64,000 bases of DNA from Candidatus Marinacidobacterium sp. Its GTDB lineage: Bacteria > Acidobacteriota > Vicinamibacteria > Marinacidobacterales > Marinacidobacteraceae. Position numbers and translations under genes: made by a program. Position 1 is the first letter of the stretch; each line of letters starts with the position of its first letter. Where the stretch lies: NCBI GenBank assembly GCA_965220965.1, contig OZ244852.1, positions 512,001 to 576,000 on the forward strand, in the 5' to 3' direction. The notes under the pieces are model-generated. The model saw only the letters and a program-made list of their open reading frames with translations. It had not been told where the DNA came from and ran no database searches. Below are positions 1 through 8,434 of this stretch, piece by piece.

Positions 1-1
1 G

Positions 2-91
2 GATCAGCTCATGGCCGTCTGCTGGAAGTACGTCATTCCCATGTCGTTCTTCCTGCTGGTGGTCGTCGCCATCCTCCGGAGCCTCGGCTGA
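2..91 (+). CDS. nuoH: NADH-quinone oxidoreductase subunit H, C-terminal fragment (runs off window start)
   Basis: Frame 2 reads DQLMAVCWKYVIPMSFFLLVVVAILRSLG*, matching the NuoH C-terminal DQLMxxxWKxxxP motif; lies directly upstream of nuoI. Confidence 0.85.
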   Translation, partial: DQLMAVCWKYVIPMSFFLLVVVAILRSLG

Positions 92-166
92 TCGCCCCCG
101 CCTTTCCTCCCACTCCCGATTGCCCATCCTGATCATGGATACCCACCGAATCCCCCGCGAAACCCG

Positions 167-694
167 ATGAAGCGCTATTTCCTCGACATCTGGGAGAGCC
201 TCAGCACGGTGCTGATCGGCATGGGAGTCACGGCCCGCCATATCTTCACCCGGTCCGTGACGCAGCAGTACACCGGTGACGAGCTTCCCGGGGAGCGCTG
301 GAAGTCGCCGCTCGATATTCCGAAGGAAGAGCTCATGGAGCGCTCGCGGATGCGTCTCCACGTGAAGATCGAGGACTGCATCGGTTGCAAACAGTGCGAG
401 CGCGCCTGTCCGGTGGATTGCATCCATATCGAGAACGAGAAGCGGCTGCGCACCGCTCCGCCGATCTTCGCGGCGGATGGAACGGCCATCAAGCAGACGG
501 TGGTGCAGTTCGACATCGACATGTCGCTTTGCTGTTACTGCCAGCTCTGCGTTTTCCCCTGTCCCACCGACTGCATCGAGATGACCCCGAACTTCGAGTT
601 CGGCGGCCAGGCCAAGGGCGATCTGCTCTATCGCTTCGCCAAGGAGCCGCGCACCGCGGAGCCGGCTTCGCCGCCCGCCCGCCCCGGCGCCTGA
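167..694 (+). CDS. nuoI: NADH-quinone oxidoreductase subunit I (2x[4Fe-4S])
   Basis: [12 protein letters not shown] and [12 protein letters not shown] motifs, VTQQY and FDIDMSLC segments, nuo context. Confidence 0.9.
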   Translation: MKRYFLDIWESLSTVLIGMGVTARHIFTRSVTQQYTGDELPGERWKSPLDIPKEELMERSRMRLHVKIEDCIGCKQCERACPVDCIHIENEKRLRTAPPIFAADGTAIKQTVVQFDIDMSLCCYCQLCVFPCPTDCIEMTPNFEFGGQAKGDLLYRFAKEPRTAEPASPPARPGA

Positions 695-720
695 AACCGG
701 TTGCTGACGGAGGAAAGCTG

Positions 721-1227
721 ATGGAGACCCTGGCGGCGCAGGTCATCTTCTACGGGACCTGCCTGCTCACGATCGGCTCTGCGCTGTATGTGGTGCTCGG
801 CAGGAACCTGGTCCACAGCGCCTTCGCGCTGGTTGCGGCGTTTTTTGGCGTGGCCGTGTTCTATGTCTTTCTGGGGGCCGATTTCCTCGCCGGCGCCCAG
901 GTGCTGATCTACGTCGGCGGCATCCTCACCCTGCTCCTGTTCGGAGTCATGCTGACGAACCGGATCTACGACCTGAACATCCGGACGGGCGCCGTCCAGG
1001 TGGTTCCGGGAGCGATTGCGGCGGGGCTGGTGTTCGCGGTGCTTGTCTGGATCATCCGGGCGGTCGACTGGGGCGCGCTCGACACCGGAGACCCCGGCCC
1101 GACCAGCGAGGGCATCGGACGGCTGCTGGTGGGGGACTACCTGCTCCCGTTCGAGATCGCATCGGTCCTGCTGCTCATCGCGCTCATGGGCGCCGCGATG
1201 CTGGTGCGGCGGAGGTCCCGGCCGTGA
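721..1227 (+). CDS. nuoJ: NADH-quinone oxidoreductase subunit J
   Basis: RNLVHSA, AQVLIYVGGI and PFEIASVLLL motifs; ATG at 721 after GGAGG (the ORF track start at 385 is too long). Confidence 0.93.
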   Translation: METLAAQVIFYGTCLLTIGSALYVVLGRNLVHSAFALVAAFFGVAVFYVFLGADFLAGAQVLIYVGGILTLLLFGVMLTNRIYDLNIRTGAVQVVPGAIAAGLVFAVLVWIIRAVDWGALDTGDPGPTSEGIGRLLVGDYLLPFEIASVLLLIALMGAAMLVRRRSRP

Positions 1228-1529
1228 TTCCGCTCGAGCACTACCTGATCCTCTCGGCCGCGCTGTTCTCGGTCGGCGTCTTTGGCGTGCTGACCCGGCG
1301 TAACGCCGTGAACGTTCTGATGTCGATCGAGCTCATCTTCAACTCGGCCAACATCAATCTGGTCGCGTTCTCGCGCTTCATCGAGGGAGCGCTCGGCGGT
1401 CAGGTGTTCGCCCTGCTGGTGATCGTGGTGGCCGCGTGCGAGGCGGCGGTGGCGCTGGCGATCGTGATGTCGCTGTATCGCATTACGAAGCAGGTGAACC
1501 TCGACCAGGCTGCGGAGCTCAAGGGGTAA
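1224..1529 (+). CDS. nuoK: NADH-quinone oxidoreductase subunit K
   Basis: 101 aa; RRNxxxxLMSIEL and VAACEAAVALA motifs; GTGA overlap with nuoJ. Confidence 0.95.
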   Translation: MIPLEHYLILSAALFSVGVFGVLTRRNAVNVLMSIELIFNSANINLVAFSRFIEGALGGQVFALLVIVVAACEAAVALAIVMSLYRITKQVNLDQAAELKG

Positions 1530-1532
1530 GCC

Positions 1533-3026
1533 GTGTCCGACGCGATCCAGAGCCTCGGGCGATTCCTCCCCGAGCTTGTCCTCATGGGTGCGCTCGCGGT
1601 CGTCATCGTGGCCGACCTCGCCACGCAGTCGTGGTCGCTCGCCCGAAGCCGCAGCCTGCTGACCGGGCTGACGCTGGTCGGTCTGGGCGCCGCGCTCGTC
1701 GCGTCGTTCGTCGGGGAGCCCGGCGGCGGCAGCCTGTTCGCCTCGATGGTGGCCGACGACGGTCTGCTCGGAGTGCTCCGGCCGCTGTTCGCGCTGACCT
1801 CGATCTTCGTGCTGTTGTTCGCCGTCCGGTCGAAAGAGCTCGACGGGGCGCGGATGGGCGAGATGGTCGCCCTCCTGCTCACCGTGACCGCCGCGCTGAT
1901 GTGGATGGCGGGTTCGGTGAACCTGGTCATGATCTACCTCTCGCTCGAGACGGTCTCGGTGGCCTCCTACATCATGGTGGGCTACCTGAGTTCGGACCGG
2001 CTCTCGAACGAGGCGTCGCTCAAGTACATCCTCTTCGGCGCGATCTCCACCGGGGTCATGCTCTTCGGGCTGTCGCTGCTCTACGGGCTGACCGGGACGC
2101 TGGACCTCTACGGCGTGCGGGCCGCGCTCGCCGGCGGGGAGAACGGTCCGGCGCTGATCCTCGTCCTCCTGCTCGTCGCTGGCGGAATCGGCTTCAAGAT
2201 CGCGGCCGTTCCGTTCCACTTCTGGTGTCCGGACGTCTACACCGGCGCGCCGACGCCGGTGACCGCCTTCCTGTCGGTGGGACCCAAGGCCGCAGGTTTC
2301 GCGGTCCTGATCCGGTTCTTCTTCTCCGGGCTCTCGGAGCCGGGCGCCGAAGGGGTCTTCGTTCCGATCGGCGGCGTGGACTGGCAGGGCCTCGTGATCG
2401 TCCTGGCGGTCATCACGATGACGCTCGGGAACGTGGCGGCCCTGCTCCAGACGAACGTGAAGCGGCTGCTCGCCTACTCGTCGATCGCCCACGCCGGAAC
2501 GATGCTCATCGGGGCCGCGGCGCTCACCGCCGAGGGGATCGGGTCGATCGTTCTCTACCTGGTGATCTACCTGTTCATGAACCTGGGCGCGTTCCTCGTC
2601 GTGATCCTCGCGCACCGGGTCACCGGGACCTTCGAACTCTCCGGCTACGCCGGGTTCTGGAAGCGGTCGCCGATGCTCACGATCGCCATGGGAGTCTTCC
2701 TCTTCTCCCTGATGGGGATCCCGCCGTTCGCCGGCTTCCTCGCCAAGCTGTACGTGTTTGCGGCCGCGATCAGCGCCGGGCTCGGGTGGCTCGCGGTGGT
2801 CGGCGTCCTTAACAGCGCGGTGGCGGCGTTCTACTACATCAAGGTCCTGCGGATCATGGTGGTGGACAGCGGGACGGCTGACGCCGAACTTCCGGCTCTC
2901 CGCTTCACCCGTCTGGACGCCGCGCTGCTGTTCTTCCTCGTTGTCCCCAACCTCATTGGGATACTATTCGGCAGCCCGCTGGAAAGGATCAGCGAGGTCG
3001 CCCAGCGCCTGCTCGAGATCGCCTGA
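1533..3026 (+). CDS. nuoN: NADH-quinone oxidoreductase subunit N
   Basis: EASLKY, FKIAAVPFHFWCPDVYTGAPTPV, KRLLAYSSIAHAG and GIPPFAGF motifs. Confidence 0.93.
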   Translation: MSDAIQSLGRFLPELVLMGALAVVIVADLATQSWSLARSRSLLTGLTLVGLGAALVASFVGEPGGGSLFASMVADDGLLGVLRPLFALTSIFVLLFAVRSKELDGARMGEMVALLLTVTAALMWMAGSVNLVMIYLSLETVSVASYIMVGYLSSDRLSNEASLKYILFGAISTGVMLFGLSLLYGLTGTLDLYGVRAALAGGENGPALILVLLLVAGGIGFKIAAVPFHFWCPDVYTGAPTPVTAFLSVGPKAAGFAVLIRFFFSGLSEPGAEGVFVPIGGVDWQGLVIVLAVITMTLGNVAALLQTNVKRLLAYSSIAHAGTMLIGAAALTAEGIGSIVLYLVIYLFMNLGAFLVVILAHRVTGTFELSGYAGFWKRSPMLTIAMGVFLFSLMGIPPFAGFLAKLYVFAAAISAGLGWLAVVGVLNSAVAAFYYIKVLRIMVVDSGTADAELPALRFTRLDAALLFFLVVPNLIGILFGSPLERISEVAQRLLEIA

Positions 3027-3119
3027 TCTCACCGAGTTGACGCCGGTCAGGCCGCGCTTCCGGCGTGCTTCCCGGTAACCCGCACCACTCCCGCCCTCGC
3101 AAGGAGGTCGCCCCCGTCC

Positions 3120-3377
3120 ATGTCGTACTGGATCGCTGAACCCTGCATCGGAACCAAGGACACCGCCTGTGTCGACGTGTGTCCGGTGGACTGCATCCAC
3201 CCCACGTCCGACGAAGACGGGTTCGAGGAGGCCACGCAGCTCTACATCGACCCGGACACCTGCATCGACTGTGGGGCGTGCGAACCGGCGTGCCCGGTGA
3301 CCGCCATCTTCCCCGATGAGGAACTGCCCGAGGAGTGGGCCGAGTACCGGGACATCAACACGAACTTCTACGCCTGA
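3120..3377 (+). CDS. Dicluster (7Fe-type) ferredoxin
   Basis: CIGTKDTACVDVCPVDC ([3Fe-4S]-type spacing) and CIDCGACEPACP ([4Fe-4S]); acidic; AAGGAGG upstream. Confidence 0.92.
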   Translation: MSYWIAEPCIGTKDTACVDVCPVDCIHPTSDEDGFEEATQLYIDPDTCIDCGACEPACPVTAIFPDEELPEEWAEYRDINTNFYA

Positions 3378-3433
3378 GGTCCGGACGCCGGCCGGGCGAA
3401 GCGGGCTGGCCCGGCCGGGCTGTTGATTGCCGC

Positions 3434-4708
3434 TTGAGGAAACCTCGCGGCGCGTTCGTCGTCGCGCTCTTCCTTTCGGTTGCGGCCTCCTGCGCGAGTG
3501 GGGGTTCCTCGCTCGTCCTTCCGGACTCCGCGGCGATCGCCGCCGGCGAGGCGGCTCGCGCTGAGTTCGGGGAGTCCCGATCCCCTTATCCGGACGGGGA
3601 TCTGGCCGCGAGAGTCACGGCCATGGCGCAGCCGGTTCTTGCGGCCGCGCTGGGCCCGGGTTCGACGGAGGCCGATGCGGCCGAGGGCTGGCGTATCGAG
3701 GTCCTCGACTCCCCGGAGCCGGGCGCCTTCCTCTTCGCGGACCGCTCGCTGCTGCTCTCGCGAGGCGCCCTCGCGGCGCTGGCGGACCGGTCCGCCTTCG
3801 ATTCGCTCATCGCCGAGGTCGCCGCGCGGTTCGCCAGCGGTTCGTTCCGCGCCGACGGCGGCGCGGCGCTCGTCGAGCAGCCCCTTTCCTTCGCGCTTCC
3901 CGAGGTCGAGACGCGGGCGGCGGAAGAGGCCGCGGATCCGGAGGAGTGGATTTCGCTCGTTTCCGGCCTGGTCTACGGCGAGCGGCCGGAGTTCGGGGTG
4001 GCCGCCCGGGACCGGCTCCTCCTGCCCCGGTCCGACCTGGAGCTGACGCTCGCCCCGCCGGGCCGGTTCGAACGAAGGGGCCGCCGACAGTTCCGCGCGC
4101 GGCTCGGGGGGCCGTCCGTCCCTGGTCCATGGGTCACGGTCCGCGAGCGACCGCTGGCCGCGACGGCGCCGCCGTTCGACGCCGGGCTGCGCGCGGAGAG
4201 GGCGCTGGTCGCGGGCCTGGCGTCCCGTCTCGCCGCCGAAGCGGCCGCAGAGGGGCTCGAAGCCACGCTCACCGAGGTCGTCCGGGTCCGCGGCTTCGTC
4301 GGCGTCCGGACCCGGATGGGGTCCGCGGGACCCGCGGCCGAAGTCTCCCGGCTCGTCGCGCTGCTACGGGCCCCCGGGGCGCTCGTCGAGGTGTCCGTCG
4401 ACTGCGGCGATAGGAGCCTTTCCGATTGCGAAGCCCCATGGCTCGCGGTGCTGGAGACGGCGGACCGGCTCTGGGCGACGCCGGTTCCCGGGCCGCGACG
4501 GCTCAGAGCGCACCGCGTGGAGCGCGGCGGCGAGGCGCGGAGCGTCATCGAGCGACTCGCCGGCTCCGGGGTCAGCGACGCCAGCGAGAGCGAGCTTCTC
4601 TGGCTGAACCGCGGTTGGCTGGACCGGGATCTCGCTCCCGGAGACGTGATCCTCATCGTCGTCCGTGATCCTCCCCCGGCTGCGTCGCGCAGGGCGCCGG
4701 CGCCGTGA
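3434..4708 (+). CDS. Putative lipoprotein with a degenerate M48-peptidase-like N-domain and LysM-like C-terminus
   Basis: Lipobox-like VAASC; IEVLDSPEPGAFLFADRSLLLSRG resembles the M48 'VLDSxxxNAFALPGGxIxxxRG' segment but no HEXXH follows; C-terminal LLWLN...LAPGDVILIV; start uncertain (TTG 3434). Confidence 0.5.
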   Translation: MRKPRGAFVVALFLSVAASCASGGSSLVLPDSAAIAAGEAARAEFGESRSPYPDGDLAARVTAMAQPVLAAALGPGSTEADAAEGWRIEVLDSPEPGAFLFADRSLLLSRGALAALADRSAFDSLIAEVAARFASGSFRADGGAALVEQPLSFALPEVETRAAEEAADPEEWISLVSGLVYGERPEFGVAARDRLLLPRSDLELTLAPPGRFERRGRRQFRARLGGPSVPGPWVTVRERPLAATAPPFDAGLRAERALVAGLASRLAAEAAAEGLEATLTEVVRVRGFVGVRTRMGSAGPAAEVSRLVALLRAPGALVEVSVDCGDRSLSDCEAPWLAVLETADRLWATPVPGPRRLRAHRVERGGEARSVIERLAGSGVSDASESELLWLNRGWLDRDLAPGDVILIVVRDPPPAASRRAPAP

Positions 4709-5832
4709 GCGCCGCGCCGGCCGGGAGCGGCCGAGGCGTCGGACCCCGGTTCCCGATCCGGATCCACTCCTCGTGGCTCCTGTTGACGGCGGTCCTCTCC
4801 GCCCTGTTCGCGGTGATCTACTTCCGCGCCGACACCGGCGTCTCCACGGTGGCGGCCGCCACGATGGGCGTTCTCACCAGCGCGCTGCTCTTCGCTTCGG
4901 TGCTCGTCCACGAGCTCGCCCATGCCGTCGCCGCGCGCCGCCAGGGCCTCGAGGTGAAGCGCATCACCCTCAAGGTCTTCGGAGGGAACACCGAACTCGT
5001 CCGGGATCCGTCAGATCCGGCTTCCGAGCTGCGGATCGCGCTCGCCGGTCCGGTTGCGACCCTGGTCCTGCTCGTCGCCTTTGCGGTCCCCGGCTTCGCG
5101 ATCGATTCGGTTCCGGCCGCCGCGCGGGCGGTCGCTTCGAACCTCGCGCTCATCAACGCGCTGCTGCTCGCCTTCAACCTGATTCCGGCCATCCCGCTCG
5201 ACGGCGGCCGCATCCTCCGGGCGGTGCTCTGGGCGCTTTGGGGGAAGCCGGCGGCGGCGACCCGTGCGGTGACGGCGGCGGGCCGGTCCTTCGGGTTCCT
5301 CTTCGTCGCTTTCGGCGTCCTCGCGCTCTTCGCGGGAGGCGCGACGGGTGAGGGGGCCCGCCTCGTCTTCGGCGCCGGGTTCGTGCTGATCGGGCTCCAC
5401 CTTCGCGGCGCCGCCGCGCACGTCGCCCGACACCTGTGGATCGCCGACTCGCTTCACGGCGTCACCGCGGACAACCTGCTCGACTACCGGATCCTCACCG
5501 CCGAGCGGAACGCCACCGGACACGACCTCGCCGCCATGGGAACCCGGCACGCGGACATCCCGGTGGTCGACGACACGCGCCTGGTGGGCGCGGTTCGCCT
5601 CGCGGATCTTCTTGGGCGTCCGACCGAGACCTGGGGAGATCTGACGGCCGAGGGCCTGATGCGCACCGACATCATCGACCGGACCGTGGCGCCCACCGAC
5701 GCCGCGACGGCGCTGCTCCCGTTGTTCGCCGAGGGGCGTCGCTCCATCGCGGTGGTGGATGACGCGGATCTCGTCGGTTTCATCACCCTCGACACCTTCA
5801 GGAAACGTCTCTCGCTGCGCTCCGGAAGCTGA
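4705..5832 (+). CDS. Site-2 protease (peptidase M50) with CBS domains
   Basis: HELAH, ALAGP and FNLIPAIPLDGGR motifs; C-terminal CBS pair. Confidence 0.9.
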   Translation: MSAAPAGSGRGVGPRFPIRIHSSWLLLTAVLSALFAVIYFRADTGVSTVAAATMGVLTSALLFASVLVHELAHAVAARRQGLEVKRITLKVFGGNTELVRDPSDPASELRIALAGPVATLVLLVAFAVPGFAIDSVPAAARAVASNLALINALLLAFNLIPAIPLDGGRILRAVLWALWGKPAAATRAVTAAGRSFGFLFVAFGVLALFAGGATGEGARLVFGAGFVLIGLHLRGAAAHVARHLWIADSLHGVTADNLLDYRILTAERNATGHDLAAMGTRHADIPVVDDTRLVGAVRLADLLGRPTETWGDLTAEGLMRTDIIDRTVAPTDAATALLPLFAEGRRSIAVVDDADLVGFITLDTFRKRLSLRSGS

Positions 5833-5868
5833 CCGGACGCCGCCGCCCCGAAACAAGGAGTCCTGCAC

Positions 5869-6540
5869 ATGGCTTCCGCCGCTCCCGTCTCTCCGCGCAG
5901 CCAGGTGCGGCGGCTCCCCGCCCGCGGCGCCTACGACCGGGAGACCATAGACCCGATCCTCGACGAGGGCCTCGTGGCGCACGTGGGCTTCGTTCACGAC
6001 GGCTCGCCATTCGTCATCCCCATGGGGTACGCCCGCGACGGCGACCGGATCCTCCTTCACGGGTCCGCCGCCAGCCGGCTCATGCGGCTGCTCGCCTCCG
6101 GCGTCGAGGCGGCGGTGGCGGTGACGCTGCTGGACGCCCTGGTCCTCGCCCGCTCCGCGTTCCACCACTCGATGAACTACCGCTCTGTGGTGGCCCTTGG
6201 CCGGACTTCGGAGGTGCGGGAGGAAGCCGCCAAGCGGCGCGCCCTCGACCTGCTCGTCGACCGCCTCGTTCCGGGCCGGCTGGAACACGCCCGCCCGGCG
6301 AACGACCTCGAGCTGCGCGCGACCCTGGTCGCCGAACTCCCCATCCGGGAGGCTTCCGCCAAGACCCGAACGGGTCCTCCCGCGGACGATGACGAGGACA
6401 TGGATCTGCCGCACTGGGCCGGACTGGTCCCCGCGCGGACCGTCTGGGGGCCGCCGGAAGCGGCGCCCGACCTCCGCTCCGGGATCCCGGTTCCACCTCA
6501 CGCCGCGCGCTACGGCCGGCCCCCCTCTGTGGATCGGTAA
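5869..6540 (+). CDS. Pyridoxamine 5'-phosphate oxidase-like flavin-binding protein
   Basis: RGAYDRETIDPILDE, PFVIPM, LHGSAASRL and ARSAFHHSMNYRSVV; AAGGAG RBS. Confidence 0.88.
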   Translation: MASAAPVSPRSQVRRLPARGAYDRETIDPILDEGLVAHVGFVHDGSPFVIPMGYARDGDRILLHGSAASRLMRLLASGVEAAVAVTLLDALVLARSAFHHSMNYRSVVALGRTSEVREEAAKRRALDLLVDRLVPGRLEHARPANDLELRATLVAELPIREASAKTRTGPPADDDEDMDLPHWAGLVPARTVWGPPEAAPDLRSGIPVPPHAARYGRPPSVDR

Positions 6541-6552
6541 ACTCCGCGACCC

Positions 6553-7845
6553 ATGAATAGCGACGCGCGCTCCGACCGGGCGCGGCTGGGGCTGGCGCTC
6601 CTCGCGGCCGTCTTCGGGGCGGTCGTGTCAGCCGTGCTGCTTCTGAGGCACTACGGACTCGACACCGGTTCACTGGCGGCCGCCGCCTGCGATCCGACGA
6701 GTTCGGGATGCACCGAGGTCGCCGCGAGTTCGTGGTCGGCCATCGCGGGGGTCCCGCTCGCCGCCATCGGGCTCGCGTTCTTCGTCTCGATCGGCGTCCT
6801 GCTCGGGCTCGCTCTCCTCGGCGGCATCCAGGTGACGAGCCTTCCGGGAAGGCTCGCCTTCGGGCTGGTGGCTCTCGCGCTCGTCGTCGACCTGTTCCTG
6901 CTGGCGGTCCAGGCATTTTCCATCGGGGCGTTCTGTTCGCTTTGCATCTGGACCTACGGCGCGAATGCGGTGGCCGCCGCCAGCCTTTGGCCGGCGCGGC
7001 GCGGCCTCTCCCTGAGGATGGCCCGTCCGGCGCCGGGCGCCGGTCTCGAGCGCTTCGCGGTGCGGGCGTTCTGGCTCGCCGCCGGGATCGTGGTCGCGGC
7101 GGTGCTCGTCATCAACGACGGCCTGCGGGACCGCGGGGCGGGCGACGATGTGGACGTCTCCATCCTGGGCGTGCGGTCCTCGGGCGCGCCGGATGGGTCG
7201 CCGCTTCTTCCCCCGCTCCAGTCCGCTGGCGCTCCGTCTCAGTGGCGGAACCCGACGTTTCGTCAGGCGCCGGTGGAGGAAGTCAGCCTCGAAGGGGCGC
7301 CCCGCAAGGGCCCCGAGGACGCCCCGGTCAAGATCGTCACGTTCTCCGACTTCATGTGCCCGTCCTGCCGCCGCTTCGCCCTGGCCTACGACCAGTACGT
7401 CGAGGGGCCGACCGGCGCCCACGTCGAGCTCTACTACCGGAACTACCCGCTGGATCCGACCTGCGCCACCCACATCCCCCGGATGGTTCATCCGGGAGCC
7501 TGCGAAGTCGCGCTGGGCGCCGTCTGCGCCCAGCAGCTCGGGAGCTTCTGGGAGTATCACGACGCCGTCTACATCGACCCGCCGACGAACCCGGACCGCG
7601 CCGACGTGGTCCGGATCGGCGTCCAGGCGGGGCTCGACCGGAGCGCTTTCCAGGAGTGTCTCGACGATCCGACGGCCCGGGCGGCGCTCGACCGGGACAT
7701 CGCGGAGGCGGTCCGGTTGACGGTCACCGGAACGCCCACCATCTTCATCAACGGTCGTCGGCTCCGGACCTCGCTGAACGAGTTCGCCGACGCCGTGCTG
7801 TGGGAGCTGGAGAAGGCGGGCATCGAGATCCCGCCCGGCGAATAG
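6553..7845 (+). CDS. VKOR-DsbA/thioredoxin fusion (disulfide bond formation)
   Basis: VKOR cysteines (CDPTSSGC, FCSLC) in a membrane domain; FSDFMCPSC and GTPTIFING in the thioredoxin-fold domain. Confidence 0.88.
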   Translation: MNSDARSDRARLGLALLAAVFGAVVSAVLLLRHYGLDTGSLAAAACDPTSSGCTEVAASSWSAIAGVPLAAIGLAFFVSIGVLLGLALLGGIQVTSLPGRLAFGLVALALVVDLFLLAVQAFSIGAFCSLCIWTYGANAVAAASLWPARRGLSLRMARPAPGAGLERFAVRAFWLAAGIVVAAVLVINDGLRDRGAGDDVDVSILGVRSSGAPDGSPLLPPLQSAGAPSQWRNPTFRQAPVEEVSLEGAPRKGPEDAPVKIVTFSDFMCPSCRRFALAYDQYVEGPTGAHVELYYRNYPLDPTCATHIPRMVHPGACEVALGAVCAQQLGSFWEYHDAVYIDPPTNPDRADVVRIGVQAGLDRSAFQECLDDPTARAALDRDIAEAVRLTVTGTPTIFINGRRLRTSLNEFADAVLWELEKAGIEIPPGE

Positions 7846-7879
7846 CCGTCCGGCGCCGGACGGGAAGGGGAGGAGACCC

Positions 7880-8284
7880 ATGCACGAGGTGAACTATCTC
7901 GCCGTCCTGGTGGCGGGACTGATCCCGATGGTTGTCGGATCGCTCTGGTACGGCCCGGTCTTCGGCAAGCGCTGGCTGGCGCTCATGGAGACGACCGAAG
8001 AGGAGATCGCGAAGGGCTTCAACCCGCTGAAGACCTACGGCGGCTCGCTTCTCCTCTCGCTGGTGACCGCCTGGGTGCTCGCCCAGCTCCTCGCCGGCGT
8101 GGGCGCCGGGGGCGTTCTCCCCGCGGTCCACGTGGTCCTGCTGATCGTCGTCGGCATCGTCGTCCCGTTGGCGCACCAGTCGGTCACGTTCGAACGGCGC
8201 AAGACCGGGCTCGCCGCGCTCAGCGTCGGCTACAACCTGACCGCGCTCCTCGGCCAGGCCATTCTGCTCTCGGTCTGGACCTGA
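7880..8284 (+). CDS. DUF1761-family membrane protein
   Basis: VNYLAVLVA...GSLWYGPVFGKRW pattern; about 4 TM helices. Confidence 0.75.
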   Translation: MHEVNYLAVLVAGLIPMVVGSLWYGPVFGKRWLALMETTEEEIAKGFNPLKTYGGSLLLSLVTAWVLAQLLAGVGAGGVLPAVHVVLLIVVGIVVPLAHQSVTFERRKTGLAALSVGYNLTALLGQAILLSVWT

Positions 8285-8397
8285 CCGGCGGCCACGCCGC
8301 CTGAGGGGTCCCTGCGGGGACCCGTCCGGGCCTCGGCCCCAGGCTCGGTATCCCTCGCGCGGCGGCGGGTCGAATCCCGCCGCAATCGCGTCGGTGC

Positions 8398-8427
8398 CCC
8401 GGGCGGGGTCCGCTGACCCCGCCCGGG
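8398..8427. terminator. Perfect 13-bp hairpin between convergent genes (probable bidirectional terminator)
   Basis: CCCGGGCGGGGTC-CGCT-GACCCCGCCCGGG; no U-tract. Confidence 0.55.
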
Positions 8428-8434
8428 AGAGCGG

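Noticed and set aside
8340-8390. Possible tRNA around GGGTCGAATCCC
   Set aside because: No D-arm, anticodon arm or acceptor stem with CCA can be built
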